The notes beneath the pieces are model-generated. The model did no database searches, was not told the origin of the DNA, and was given only the letters and a program-made list of their open reading frames with translations. A DNA stretch of 64,000 nucleotides, taken from NCBI GenBank assembly GCA_013265495.1, contig MU058252.1, positions 622,001 to 686,000 of the forward strand. The letters run 5' to 3'. Position 1 is the first letter of the stretch; each line of letters opens with the position of its first letter. Positions 48,250-62,913 of this stretch are shown in pieces. A program made the translations under genes and the position numbers. The DNA is from Vicugna vicugna. Its lineage: Eukaryota.

Positions 48250-50246
48250 AAGCAAATTCTTGAAGAGAGGAGACCAGGAGGGAGCAAGTGCAGAGAGAGC
48301 CTGAGGCTGCGGCCCAGGGGGATCTATGATGCCAGGTCAGAAAAATGAGGAAGATTCAGCCAGGAGCCTGGGGAAGTATCGGCCAGGGAGGTGACAGTAA
48401 ACAGGGAAGAGATATAAAAGAAATAAGATATTAATAAACGTTTTAGTATTTCCTTGCATATAAAAAGGATGTAAATCCTCCTACACACAGCAGAGAAATG
48501 AAACTGAAGACCTTCCATCTGTCTTGGGAAAACTGTCTCTTCTTGTTACTACAGAGAACTGGGAACTGTAATGAGAAGTGTGTCTGTCAGCTCCAGAGAC
48601 CAGGAACAAATTCTTGCACACCCTCCATCTTTAACCTTGTAGAAGGGAAAGCTGGCTCGCTCCTGAGATCATTTCCTCTGAACTCTCCTCTCTCCCTCCC
48701 TTTACAATCACTGGAGAAATTAATCCAATTTCCAACCTAAAACCCTGAAATTGCCCTAAGCAGACTAATAGCCACTTACTAGTAAAACCTACTAATAAGA
48801 TAATAAGAGATTTATAAAACTAGGTATTCACAAAGTAAGATCTGTGTTACTAAAGTGTACTGAGAACTCCTAATTCATACCCTGCTGAGAAGTCTACCAC
48901 CATGCAATGCTTGAAAACTTCCAATCAGAATTTCCCAACTTTCTGAGAGGAGCTTTATTAATTCATCAACAGTGCTACCCTGCGGCCGGCAGAAATTATA
49001 AATTGCTGTTATTCTTCCTCTAAATGATAAACCACCACTAGTTAAATTTCATCATATCAATTTAGTTTGTACTGAGTTGCCAGATTAACACTTATATAAG
49101 AAAGCACATTTACATGAGCAGGCTTTGGTCTAGAAATTTCCTCAAACAAGAAAATACTACTATGGTTTTATGGATGCTATTCTCCTATACCCTTATTTTA
49201 AAGGAAGATGACATAGTCCCAGAACATCTGCCTTTGTAGTGATACTTTATAGAGATGTGTTACCACTGAGTATCTGCTGGAAACAACCTGTCCTCCATTA
49301 TAAAGTCAAGTGTAAAATCATCATGAGATTCCCAGATTTACAGAGTACTGTGTTTTTTAAAATCATAAAACCACTCGTTCATTTATGTTGCTAGCGACAA
49401 GTTTATGATAACCATTCCCTTTCTTATTCCTTGTTAGCACTGAACAATGTTTTTCTACTAAATTGTGGGGGAAGGGGTGGAGGGCTTCTGCCTGTGAGAT
49501 GGTCAGAAGCATGGTATATGGAGTATGTCTGTACACACCTCAAGAACTTTTAAGGGATTCACAACCTCTGATATTCATTTCTGCTTTTGCCTAAAGATTT
49601 ATTAATAAATACTATGGATTTATTCCTTATTACTGAATACTAAGTATTAGGAAAATATTAAAAACATGATTAAAGATGATGTTGACGGCCTTCAAAGTAG
49701 GGTCATATTCTGTTTCTGAGATAAATCAAGGTTAAGAAAGTTGGACTTCCATCAGGTCCATTCCTTATATATAATGAAAATGTATTTATATACAACACCA
49801 TGACTTTCCTTCCAATTCAATTTTAAATGGCACAAAGATACACAATTATAAAAACCACTTTTATGGGCAGAGCTTATCATGAAAACTATCTTCTACTGTT
49901 CTATGAATGAAATTCTCAATGAGCCTTATCTCTTTAAGGACACAAACTCTGAAATTGCTATTATAGCAAATACTAAGGGCAAGATCATGGCTTTTTTATG
50001 TTCTCATTCCAATGGCGAGATAACCAAACTTGTCCATGTAGCATTCAAATTAACCTGCTCTTCACACTGGCACAGTATTCTGTGAAAGCTAAACAAATCA
50101 CAGGATGCAGTCAGGACTCCTCCTCCGGGTTCTGACAGGGGTTACTCTCAAACACGGGTCTTCCCAGAGTTAGTTGAGCAGCCAAAAAGGTTTCCTGCCC
50201 TGCCACAAGCATACTGGGACATGAAGGGCAGCTGAATACTTTAAGC

Positions 50247-50578
50247 CAGAGGTTGGCAAACTCCTCCTGTAGAGGGCCAGACAGTGCCGATTTCAGGCTT
50301 TGCAGACCACATGGCCCCTGCGGCAGCCACTCGGCGGCCCCCACTGTCACAGAGCAGAAACAGCCACAGACGACACAGCAGACGAGCGTGCCTGTGTTCC
50401 AATACAACTTTATGGACGCTGAAGTCAGAATTGTATAGAACACGTACATGGCACAAACATCATTCTTCTTTTGACTTTTTCAAATATTAAAAAATGTAAA
50501 AACCATTCTTTGCTTGTGGGATGTACAAAAGGCAGCGGGGCTTTTTTGATCCGCAGGCTGCAGTTTGCCCACCCCCTG
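50247..50578. mobile_element. MER58B-like hAT-Charlie element
   Basis: TIRs CAGAGGTTGGCAAACT / AGTTTGCCCACCCCCTG and an 8-bp TSD CTTTAAGC / CTGTAAGC. Confidence 0.85.
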
Positions 50579-51420
50579 CTGTAAGCCTCCCCATCTGCCT
50601 GTTCCTGGTGCTCAGCCCTGGGTGAGTCTTAGCTCAAGAATCTACGGGGACTGGTTCCAGGGCCTATCTAGGGTCTCTGAGAGCCTGGAACGAGACCAGC
50701 TTCCCCAGGTAGAAGTGGTTCAGGGTCTTCCATGATCCCCGGAACCAAAACTTGTGCCATAGTCCTAGAAGGCTTCAGGAAGATCCTAAAACCATAGACT
50801 GCAACCGGACAAGGTACAGGTTGTGGCTGGTTTTGGTCTCTGGTGCTTTTCCTGCACATGGCCTGAAATGCCAACAGGCCGTGGAGCCAACTTTTCAAAA
50901 CCTGCTGCCAGGGCTCTCTCCAAGCCCAGGCCAGCTCATTTCCCCACAGCCTTCTTCTCAAGTCTTTAGGACTGGAAGGGGTGGCGGGGATGAGTGCTTC
51001 TACAAGAGTGAGGCACAAAGGATCTGGAGTGTTTTCACCCTTTCTTTTCAAGCTTGGAATCCCCGAAAAGGGCTACTGTTGAGAAGGAAAAAAAAAAAAG
51101 AAAAAAAAAGAAAGAGAAGAAACCCGCACTATTTGTTTTCTTAAAGCAGCATCTCTAATATGAGGTTCCAACACAGGACTGGATTCCTATGGAAATGAAC
51201 ATCAATTTCTAGATGGTGGGGTCTGGACACTGACTGAACATACATATTCATTCAACGTAGAGTGGGTAAAGCTTTTTAGAAGCTTTCTTTGGACCCCAGT
51301 TGGAGATCTACAGGTTTCACTGGATACGCCCTGCAATCAAAGCCTCCAGAAACACACAGTGGCTGTTTGTGTGCAAAAACCAGGCTTCTTAGTTTATAAA
51401 ACCTTGAAAACAATACTTAC

Positions 51421-51492
51421 TGTTTTCTATGGTTGGATCGTAGGAGTCAACAAATTGGCCTTCAACAAACTGAATCGTCAATGAGGATTTCC
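51421..51492 (-). CDS. RHEB: GTP-binding protein Rheb, exon 2 (first exon visible in the window)
   Basis: TTTTATAG acceptor; 72 nt encoding (G)KSSLTIQFVEGQFVDSYDPTIEN(T), the end of the P-loop plus the switch I effector region; GTAAGT donor. Confidence 0.97.
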
Positions 51493-52162
51493 CTATAAAA
51501 GAGAACAACAGCTCAGTATGTACTGGCACATTAAAGTAAGAAAAAAAATCCTACTATTTTACCAAAAAATACCCTAAAAGGAAATAAATTTCATTAATTT
51601 GCTCTATATTATAGGAATTTAAGCAATTGAACTGTTATGAATGAAACACTGCTGTGACATTAAGAAATAGTAGTGACCAATAACCACATCATGAATTCTG
51701 TTAAAAGTAAACAAACTCTTAAATAAGATCTAAGCTAATTTCCTCTTGTGTCCCTGAAATCTGACGGTTAATTTTGAACTTGGAATTAAATAAATAAATA
51801 ATTAATTAATAATGATTAGTTTGTTTGGGTTCCTTTTATGGCTGCTGTAAAGTGTTATTTACCAAGTAGTTTTTAAAGAGGATAATCTGAAAATATGTGA
51901 TAAAAGTCTATTTTAAAAACTTCTTGAAGGTAGAAATCCTCTCCGAGTCATTCAGTACCGAAGGCCTTGCAATGTCTGGCACACAGAAGACAAGACAGAA
52001 ATGCTCTGACATCACAAAACCACCAGTAATAACTGAACCTATATTAACAGATCAAGAACCAGAGCCCTAAATTCTCACTGCCTCTATTGTCAGCTAAATT
52101 TCTACGGGAGGACTTTGGAACAGGGTACCCTGTGAAAAAACAGTGCAAGAACAGAGTACGCA

Positions 52163-52481
52163 TAGAGCCATCCCTCTGTATCCTGGAAGACTGGTTCCTC
52201 AGACACCAAAACCCAAGGCTACTCAAGTCCCTTATATAAAATGGTATAGTATTTGCATATAACCTAGCATATCCTCCCGTATACTTTAAAATCATCTCTA
52301 GATTACTTACAATACCTAATACTATGCAAATTCTATGTAAATAGTTCCCAGCGTGCGGCAAATTCAAATTCTGCTTTTCAGTATTTTCTGGAATCTGCCC
52401 GCTCCCTCCCCCGCCAGTATTTTCCACCCAAGGTTGGTTGAACTCCTGGATGTGGAACCTGTCAATATAGAGGGGAGACTG
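52163..52481. mobile_element. MER2-like (Tigger family) element
   Basis: CTCAAGTCCCTTATATAAAATGGTATAGTATTTGCATATAACCTAGCATATCCTCCCGTATACTTTAAAATCATCTCTAGATTACTTA is characteristic of MER2. Confidence 0.85.
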
Positions 52482-55400
52482 ATTTTATCACCAGGAAATA
52501 GGAAGTGGTCCCTCCCTAATTTCACCCCAAACCCTCCTCCTCTAAGACATCCTCAGAGCACAATTAAACACACTCCACTCCTCCCGTTTCTCACCAAACC
52601 CTCATCTCAAAGGATGTGCAGGGGAGAGGCACGGACAGAAGTTTGATAAAATGAGCTTCATACTCCTGAGGTCTGGGTTGTGCCTGTTCTCCTCCAGACC
52701 ATGGAGACGTGCAGTTCACAGGTGGCAAAATGTTTTCACACCAGAGGCAGTCCCCAAACACTCAGAAATTAATTAATAAATGAGCTTAAAAGTGGGGGGC
52801 TTCTCGGAGACAAACAGAAAACCTCCAAGCTGGCAGGCCTGTTTACTTGTCATGAGAAGCTAAGCACAGCTCAAAGTGGCTCCAGAATTACTAAAAACTC
52901 AAATCATTCTCTACAAAGCAGCCTACAAAGAGCTTTTGAAAATCAAATGATACTTCCCTGCTTAAAATCCTCATTGCAACCAGAATAAATCCCCAACTCC
53001 TCACCCTCACTGTGGGCCACGACACCAGGCTCCCCCTCCTCCCCGCTTACCTGACCTCATCTGGTGCCATCCCCTCCTCCAAGGGCCTCCACCCCACCCC
53101 CTTCCAGTCACATCCTTCTAGCCCTGCCAAGTGCCTGCCCGCCTTGGTGGCACCACTCCTTAATAGTCACTCTCCATAGCCATCTTGTTTTATTCTTTTT
53201 AGTGCTTGAAGTTAACCAAAATTATCTTCTTTCTCTAATTAGTCTGCCAAGACCAGTGCAGTGCCTGACATGCTGTAGACGCCTGGGCTCAGACCTCCAC
53301 AGGGCACCTCCATACATTCAGATTCTACAACAGATCTCAATTTTATACACGTAACTAGGAAACACAGTTCAATGGAAATTAAGAAACACGTATCTAGTAT
53401 TTGTTGGTGCCCAAGCATGGGCCTGCCGCCTGTGATCCAGGGAAACAGTGGTGGTCCAGGAACTCCACACACTTCAAATGGATTGTGTTCAAAAGAAACC
53501 ATGTTATATAAGCCAGCCCATAAAGGAGCATTTAGCTCAAAGTACAGCAGAACTATTTTTTGTAATGAAAACAGCAAGAAAAAACCCCTTTCATAAGTTA
53601 GCAAAACCGAAAAATTTTAGAAGGAAAATCAGAAACTTCTTTGGAGCTTTTGAAGAATACAAAAGAAAGGAATTAAAAATGACGTGAAAAAATAAACTTA
53701 AAAGTAGAACTGGATTAAAAAGAGTGAAACAAAGCAGGTATGATATATATGCTTATTTCCCCCGAAGTGGAGGGAAACCAGTAGGAAACCTGGGATTAGA
53801 CAGTTCTCTGTGTGACACCAGCTACGTCTCACAGCCTTACTGGCAGGGGAGAAGGCGGGGAGAACAGCCTCAGGAATCATCGCATGCAACTGCAAAAGCC
53901 ACAACCAAACTGAAAAGAAAGTTATCAAACAAGATAGCATGAAATAAAGTGCAAAAATGGTGTCTGAGAGAATAGTGGACCACATTAAAAAATACAATTA
54001 GTGGTTATATCCAAAGAAGAGTCCCTCATCTGTATCTTTATAAAGAACATAAATTATTTCATAGCCTACATTAACACTTAACTTGAAAACACAAGTAATT
54101 ATTCTGGCAAATACAGACAATGTAGCTCAACCCAAACCACAACGCAGGTTGACAGCAAACTATCATCTTCAAGAGTAACTGGGACACCAGATTTAAAACT
54201 CCAGTTCCTCAGGGAGCAAGCTGGATTTCTCAGACTGGTCCTCAGAAAAAGGGATCATTCATTTGCAGAAGTGGGACTGAAGAAAAGCTAGGTCTCCCTG
54301 GGGGTGCTCATCCTTGGACTCTCTCCTAAGGGGAGATCATTAATTGTTTAAATTAACAAGGGACAGGAAGGCTGCATTTGCAGGCTTGACACAGCGGTTT
54401 TCTGCTGTTTCCATTAAAAGGTAGAATTATAAGACAACCAGTTTTGAAATCTTTACAAGTCAGCACTAAATGACATTCTTAGTAAATAAATCCCACTGCT
54501 CATAGTGTTCTCAGGCCTGGTTCTAGTCATTCTGCCTTTAGGGATGTCCTCATCTTCATCCTCTAAAGCAGCAATTCAGCTCTTTGGTCAAGGTTTGCAT
54601 GCAGTTTGCTTGCAGCTACAAAAGGCTTTGCTGATCTACAGCAAATTATGTTCTTTACTTGATCACCTTTTAAATTTTCCTGTCATAATAACTTCATATA
54701 TTTACTTTGGCTTTTGTCCTTATCAAATTCAGGTTCTGAAACACTATTTCCTAAAGATGTGTCAACAATGATCATGCTCTCAGAAGGTACATCAATTTTG
54801 TTATATGAAAACAATACAGGAATGATCTGAAACAGAAAACCAGCACATGCCCAGATGCGTGTTTATCAACATACAGAGAGACATGCACCACTCATTTTGA
54901 TGTAACTAATATAAAAGGGTCGAAAATAATATATCTCAATATCCCACAATTAACTTCCAAACATTCTTCCTCCAAAAGAAAAACCACCTTAATTTTAAAA
55001 ATCCTAAAAATTATTTTTTAAGAAGTTTCTTCTAAACTTTTACCAGGTAAAAATAGCACTGCTATACGTATTTTTAGCAACGGCAATTCAGCACGGTAAG
55101 CTTCCCCCCCCAGTATTTTCACTACAGAGAATACCTTCAAGGTTGTTAAAACTGAATCTCTCACACTTCACGACTGTTGCAAAATAGGCACTATTTATAC
55201 AAATATTTTAATAGTTTTCAGGTTGATTTTGAACAACTTTTCACGCTTCTCCAAAAAGAAAAATAATTACTTATACATCATCCCCTACCCCACCCCCAGC
55301 CCGAAGCCAGCATTCTCTGGAACAGACAAGTTACTTGCTCACTAGGGTAAAATGGGGAGAAGGTTTCAATTCACTATCTGGAACACAATCGATTCCAAGG

Positions 55401-55680
55401 ACTGCTTTCATTCTCACCTCAGTTCTTAAGATCACCTCATGGGACTTCGATGTCCATCTAACTATCTAACAGTTTAGCTTCAAAGCTCACTGGTCTTGCC
55501 ACTGGTAACCATCTCCACACAGTTCAGTGACCCACCTCTCCTGCGGACAACATCAAACACCCAGATGACCCCATCTCCAACATCTGCACCTCCCACGGAC
55601 TGAGCAATAAGCAGGACGTGCGTTCTCCCAGCGCCCTCGCTTTCTGACTCCCATCGCCTAATCCAGATCGTTTCTGGAAG

Positions 55681-55897
55681 CAGTGTTTTCAAACCAGGGA
55701 TTGTAGCCCACCAGATCATGAGATCAATATACTGAGCTATGACCATAACTGTTCTTAAAGAAATAGGAACACCAGAATGGACTGCAAATAATAAAGCTGT
55801 CATGAAACTTTTCAGTCATATAAACGCTTATAACTGGGTCACAATGTAAAACGTATTTCTCACTACAGGCTAAAGTCAAAAAAGTTAGAAACACACT
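55681..55897. mobile_element. Old hAT-Charlie-type MITE
   Basis: Begins CAGTGTTTTCAAAC and ends AAAAAGTTAGAAACACACT, an imperfect inverted terminus. The family is uncertain. Confidence 0.5.
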
Positions 55898-58074
55898 ACT
55901 CACTCTTTAAACGATTCTCCTTAACCTCCAATCTCTACCACGTTTCACTTCCTTCCCTATCAGTTTAAGCCCTGAGATAAATCACTGTGCACCATTCTTT
56001 TATCAGAACCTGCCAATTTCCTTTCTCTGGGCCCTGATAGATTCTAAGATCGTAATCTAATCTTTTGCCTTTTTGTGAGTTTGCTGAGCTCAGATGCAGA
56101 AAAACTCCGCAACCATGTGGGTTGACAACCATGCTCAAGCTGTGGCCTTTCCCTGTTCTGTCCTCTCTCTTTAGGAATCCTTTCCATGGGTATCCCTTTC
56201 TCCCCAAAGCAGTGAAGTGTGGTCCCAGCAGCATCACAGGGTAACTTAAGACAAATGCAAATTCTTGAGCCCCACCAAACCTCCTGGATAGGGGGATTAA
56301 CAAGCCTCCCATTCATTTGCTGCACCTGAAAGTTGCACCTCAGGCGACAAGTTCAAATTTAACTGACCATTCTAAGTCACCTGTCTCCTCCAGCCCGCAG
56401 GGTGTTCCCAAACTCTTCAGTTCCTCCCAGCAGCTCAGACTGTAAGCATTTAAAGAACACACAATAAGGCCAGGGACTGGGATACAGTCACCATTATGAG
56501 GTGGGGCCCAGCCTTAGAGGTCACCTGCTGTAACACCATCTTCCACTCACCCTCCTGTGCGTATCAGACAGGGTGAAGGGAGCCCCTGGGGTGTGCAAGG
56601 CAGCCGGGTCTGCCTGGCCTCTTCCTGGCCCTCTTCACATTATCACTACGGGTCAGAGGAAGAGGTCAGCACACCCCTCCCACAAAAGCTGTTCTAGACT
56701 CTGTTCCAGATCCCTTTCCTGGTCTCCTCTAAACTCTCCTCCTCCTGAAATACTATAGACACATTTTTAGTTTCCTTACTGGTTTACTCTAATCCACCTG
56801 GTTTGTTCAAAGTGCCTCTGAAATAATACATTTAAAAACCAAGGCGCTATATACCAACTCATGGTCTCCTTTGCTCCCAGGGCTATAGAAAGACTTCCGC
56901 TGAGTGCTGCAGCTGCTGGGTGCCACCGGCTTGACCATGAAGTCAGGTGCATGATACAGAAAGTTAACCTCAGTCACTTAAAGCTCTACTCCGCTAACCC
57001 AAGCTAAATGCAACCATGGGGATGCATGTGATCTGCATGTGTTCTGCTGTAATCTGACTATAAGATCTGACAAAAAAGCATGTAGCCTTTGGTTTGAGGA
57101 CCTTTGGTTTTACTCTGGTTGAAGTAGAAAGTCAGGTCTATGGAGATTGAAGCTATGGAGACAATTAAGAAAGAAGAGAAACAGCTCTTCCACTTTACAA
57201 AAGAAATCAAAGAACAGTGAAGCCTGTGAGGTAGAACAGCAATTCTGGAAACTACTGGCCAGACATGCGCTGTGACTTCCGGACGTCCCCCTCCACGGGG
57301 ACTAGACGCTGACACCGCCACCAAGCCACGGGGCCCGTTCTGCCGCCAACTCCTCGGGGCTAAGGGCTGCTCCTACGGGTGCTGCAGCCTCTGCCCCTGT
57401 CCTGTCAGCTCCACACACAACCGCCGGACTACTCACCTTGTAAAAGGACATGCGCCCCCCCAACCAGTCCAGACACCTCTCTTCCTCCCAGTTCTGCCTC
57501 CTAGCAGCTGTATTTTTACAGTGTCAAGCTTGGTAATGTTTCATTCCATTCTGAATCCCCAGTTTCCAAAATCCTGACTATGGATTAATCCATTAATTTA
57601 CTCATATACGTATTAAGCAGCTATTATGTTCCAGGCACGCTTTGAGGCACTAGGATGTATCAGCAAACAGATAGACAGAAACCTCTTCCTTGGTACTTAA
57701 GTTCCAACAGAGAGAAATACGTGGAGGAAAAAAAGCACACTAAATGCAGTAAATTGGAGGAAATACGTGTGAATCTATTCCTTATAAACAAAAGGATATA
57801 ACAAGCAATTACTTTGATTTTTTTAAACTAATGAATGAATGGATTTAAGCTACAATGACGGGCATTAATACAACAGGCAGAAAAACAATCAGATACCGTG
57901 GGGTCCCCGATGCAAACACAGACGCTGGAAGGTGGTTTTATTTTAAGGAGGTTGGGGAAGGAAAAGGAGAAAGAAACCACCTACATCTGACCAAACTGCT
58001 AGATTTAACTACTAATTTACAGGAAACAACAGGGGACAAATGAACATCTTAAATATTATGGGATGCAAGAGCAC

Positions 58075-58550
58075 AACTCGGATTCTGAGTGACACTTCAG
58101 GACCGACATGGAAATCAGAACTTCTAGGGATGGGGCCCATGCTTCAGTGTTTTTTTTTTAATTCCTCCAGTGATTCCAGTGTGTTTGGAAGCTTGAAAAC
58201 CTGCGTTATAAAGCAGTGCTTCCCTCATGTTGAAGAATAAGCAGTTTCACCAAGGGATCTTGCTGAAGCGCAGATTGTTAACCCATTTGATCTGGGCTGG
58301 GAGGTGGGATTTTCCATTTCCACTAAGTTCCCTGGTGAAACTGATCTCCAAACCAAGTTTTAAAGTTCAGAACACTGGTTCTCCAGCATAGCTGCACTCC
58401 AGAATCACCTAGGGAATTCCAAAAACTCCTGCCTGGGCCTCACTCTCAAGTAGCTCTGAGTTAATTAATACAAAGCGCAGTTAGGGCACCGGGAATTTTT
58501 AAAAGCCCCTTCAAGTGATTCTAATGTGCCACAAGTCTGAGAACCATTGC
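58075..58550. mobile_element. Cluster of MER5-like MITEs
   Basis: Repeated MER5 motifs: AATCAGAACTTCTAGGGATGGGGCCC; CCAGTGATTC; AGAATCACCTAGGGA; GTGATTCTAATGTGCC...GAGAACCATTG. Confidence 0.65.
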
Positions 58551-60409
58551 CTTAAAGCCAAGGTCAAGGATGGCAGAAAAAAGAAAAGAGATGGAAGAAC
58601 CTCTGTTTCTGAGCCGACTGACCACTCAGTCCCCCACTAGTCTTTCATTTATGTCAGTGAATTCCCTTTCCTTCTTCAAGCCAGTATGAGATAAATTATT
58701 TCGCAGTCAAAACCAACCTAAGTGATTACAATTATTATTATTAATTGTATTATTAAAATAGAATTGAAAATTTTAGTATCTTCTTATGGGGATCACTCAA
58801 ATGACTCCTATTTGATACATTTGTATTTGAGTGATAGGAATCTTTTCTGCTTTAAGGAATCTTACTTATCACTTGACTCAACACCATTTCTTAACTGACA
58901 GAATCTAGAAGTAAAATTTCTCAAGAAATTCAGGTTCTTGTAAAAGAAACAAACATCAGTGATGACTTCTAGTGGCTGACTTGAGTGGTCCTCGTTAAGA
59001 TGCCAGAGCCAGAAACTTAAAGAAAGCTGCTGACCAAACACTGGGGCTGTATTTTTTGTGCGTTTGGTTGGGATGGAGGTGGCAGATGGGACAGGATGTT
59101 GTCAGATTCCCTATCAGGAACCAAGCAAGCTCCTCACAAGAGGAGCCAGATGAAAGTCAATGAAAAAACCCAAAAGAAAGAAGGGGGTCAAGATGGGAAG
59201 AGGGCAGAGGAAGTAAGAGGAAAACAACTCAAACACCAACCTGCCACCCCAAATTCCCAACCACACACAAAACTTATTACTAAGAAAAAACAGCCAAGAG
59301 AATAATCGGAACAAGTGAAATTAATCTCATAAAGGTCTGCCAAAAACTAACAAAACGTCAAGAATTTCCATAGATTACCCAAGGCATCACTTCTACTTTT
59401 AAGACTTGATGAACAAACAGATTAAACAGGATCAAGTGAACATGAAATCACCTTTTCACAAACTCTCTAATACTGGGGGGAAAAAACCCCACGTAACATC
59501 TTTAGAAATAAGTTCTTACTATTCCACGTAAAATACAGTTCAAATAAATAATGGAATAACTACTGTAATCTCCGGGGGCAACAAGTATTCACCACATAGT
59601 AATCATCGTTTCCCATTTCCAGGACTCCATTTATTCAAAGAAACATCACCTATTAATGGCAGCTCTGGGGGGCAGGGGTTGATGGGAGTACACTAGTAAG
59701 TGAAACTCACAATACCGCCTGGCACTGAGGAAATATAATTAGTAGAAACAGGATTGTGGGTTAAAGTTCAGGATTTGAATTCAGATTATGCTGTGCACCC
59801 CAGCTGTGTCTCTGGAAAAGTTAATTCCTTGGACTCCTCATGTGTGTGATGACTAAATGAAACCGTAAACATACAGCACAGCACCTGGCTCCTAGAAACG
59901 GTTATTCAATTCTAGTACAGCATTCCAAAGTCAATAACGCTTTCCCCAGATTATGATCAACACAGTACACCCCAAGTCCACACGCATCGACTAATCCTAT
60001 TCCACAACGAGATTCTATGATAATCTGAATTCTGCAGAAAATGTCAGTACAACATACCTGTCACCTACAGGGACCCTGTAATCATATCAGAGAGAAAGAC
60101 ATCTATGTGAAAAGTCAAGTCCACACACCCTACTCCCACATGACTGGGAAGTTTTTTTGTTTTTGTTAAAAAGAACCACCAAAGATTTTTCCATTTTATC
60201 CTACAATAAAATTCACTGGAGAATTTCCACTCAGAAAAGGGACGTGAGAGGATGAAACACTAGGACCATCAAGATGAAATCTGGAAAAATGGATGAAAAA
60301 TGGGCATCTATTTCAAAATAGGTGGCTGTTACAAAACCAAAAAAGGAAGAAAATGGAAAAAATTATCTGTAAAGGAAAAAGGAATCTCAGAAAATTTTAA
60401 GAAACAAGT

Positions 60410-62905
60410 AAGTACTTGATTTCAAGACTTAACTAGAAGACTACAGTTATCAAGACAGCGTGGTATTGGCACAAAGACAGACATATAGATTAACGGAACA
60501 AAATACAGGCTCCAGAAATAGATCCACATGTATAAATGATCGACTGATTCTGGATAAAGGTAGAAAGGCAATTCAAGGGAGAAAGAACAGTCTTTCTCAA
60601 CAAATGGTGCGGACACAAATGGATGTCAACATTAAAAAAGAGAGAAAAGAAACTGACTATATCCTGCGATACTCCATATAAAAAGTATAGGATAAAAAAT
60701 GGATCACAGACAAAAATGTAAACCTAAACTCTGAAACTTCTGGAAGAAAACACAGGAGAAAATCTTTGCGAACTTGACTTAAGAAAGATTTCAAAAGTGC
60801 AATCCATAAAGAAAAAAAGGATACACTGGACTTTATCAAAATTAATACTGGTCAGTGAAAGATTCTTGTTAAGGGGATGAAAAGACAAACCATACACCTG
60901 GAGAAAAATGTGTGAAAAAACATATCTGAAAAGGGCATGTATCAGAATATACAACAAATTCTCAAAATTCAACAATAAGAAAACAAATAACCCAATTAAG
61001 CAACTGAGCAAAAGATTTGAACACTTTGGCAAAGAAAATATTCAAATGGCAAGTACGCACAGGAAATGATGCTTACGTTCATTAGGAAAATGCAAATAAA
61101 ATCAGTGACATACGACACACCTAATGAAACACATCTACAGTAAAAAATATTGACAGTACCAGTACCGGAGAGGATGTGGAGCAACCGATCTCTTTGATGG
61201 GAATGCAAAATGGCACAGCCACTTAGGAAACAGTTTTTAAAAAATTAAACACACATGTATCAGATGACCCAGCAATCCCATTCCTAGGTATTTTTCCAAG
61301 AGAAATGAAAACCAAGGTCACAGAACTTGCATGCATATATCTGTAACAGCTTTATTCCAGCTGCCCTAAAATGGAAACACTGTCCTTCATGTCCTTCAAC
61401 AGGTGACTAGATAAACAAATTTTTAAATCTACACCAAAAAAACACTACTCAGCAATAAAAAGGAATGACTATTGATACACATAACAACATGGATAAACCT
61501 CAAATGTGATTCCACTTATGGAAAAGACAAAACTACAGGGACAGAAAACAGAAGGGGGGTAAGGGCTGACTGCAGAGGGGGCACCAGGACATTTTGGGGA
61601 CTGACAGAACTGTTCTATGTCCTGTTTGCTAAAACTGAGCCATATGCCAAAAGGGATAAATTTTACTGTATGTAAATTGCGCCTCAGGTTTGAAAAACAA
61701 TCTCAACCTTTACCTCACACACACAAATTAGCTAGAAATAGATCACAGACCTAAACTTAAGAGCTAGAACTATCAAACTTCTAGAAGTAAACACGAGAAA
61801 AATCTTTATGATATCCGGTAGGCAAAGGTTTCTTACATGATGAGAAATGAATAAACCCTAAACAAAAAAACTGATAAACTTGGCTTTATCAAACTTACAA
61901 ATTTCTGGGGGGAAGGTATAGCTCAAGTGGTAGCATGCATGCTTGACATGCAGGAGGTCCCAGCACCTCCTCCAAATAGAAATAAATGAATAAACCCAAT
62001 TTACCACCCCCTCCTAAGACAAACAAAACAAAGTTATAAATTTCTGTTTGAAACACAAGAAGATGAAAAGGAATCCATGAATTAGGAGAAAGTACTTTAT
62101 ATGTATGAAATGGAACTATTATTCAGAATATATTAACTGAAAAAAAAGAACCCCAAAACAAAGGTAAGAGACTTGAACACACTTCATAAAAGAAACACAA
62201 ACCACCAAGAGGTGTATGAAAAGAGGCTCAGTGTCATTAGTCATTGGGAAAATTCAAATTTCCACAGCCTACCACATTAGTACAGCTCAAGTTAAAAAGA
62301 ATGGCAACACCAAGTATCAGTGAGGATGGGCCTCATCTGTTGCTGGTGGAGGTGTCAGATGGTACACATGCTTGGGAAACAGCGGTAGTTTCTCAGAAAA
62401 TGATGCGCTTAACATCCATGTGACCCAGTGGCCTCATTCCAAGGTGCTTACCAAAGAGAAATAACTATATGCCGACAAAGACACAACAAATGCTCAACTC
62501 AACTTTATTCTTAGCAGTGAAATACTGGAAACGACACATGATGGGAGAAACAAATTACAACGAAACAGTACTTAGCATTTTAAAGAAGCTATTGATACAT
62601 GTGACAACACGATGGATCTCAAAAACATTACACTTATTGAAGGAAGTCAAACAAAAAGGATATTTATCGTATGGGTCTATTTATGTGAATTTTTAGAACA
62701 AGAAAAACTAATTGGTAGTAATGGAAAAGCAGACCAGTGCTTGCCTGGGAGTGGGGCAGCGTATGAGGGAACTTCTGGGGATGATAAAATTGTTTTATAT
62801 TTTGATTGGAGTAATGGTTATGTGGTGAATAAATCTATCAAAACACATCTAACTTTACATTTAAAATGGATACTTCATTATGTATAAATTATACCCCAAT
62901 AAAAC
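60410..62905 (+). mobile_element. Old L1M (L1MB/MC-like) ORF2 and 3' UTR fragments in RHEB intron 1
   Basis: ACAGTTATCAAGACAGCGTGGTATTGGC; CCAGAAATAGATCCACA; TGACCCAGCAATCCCATTCCTAGGTAT. A second L1 segment starts at about 61700 and ends GTATAAATTATACCCCAATAAAA. Confidence 0.8.
61907..62030 (+). mobile_element. tRNA-derived SINE (camelid vic-1-like), B-box deleted
   Basis: GGGGGGAAGGTATAGCTCAAGTGGTAGCATGCATGC...CAGCACCTCC plus tail. TSD AAACTTACAAATTTCTG / AAAGTTATAAATTTCTG. Confidence 0.82.
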
Positions 62906-62913
62906 TTGACTCC

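Noticed and set aside
32743..51492. RHEB processed pseudogene or RHEBL1
   Set aside because: Intact GT-AG introns, an uninterrupted frame, the CSVM ending and adjacency to CRYGN identify the parent RHEB gene. The EKIDG versus human EKMDG difference is a conservative change that I recall also occurs in rodents.
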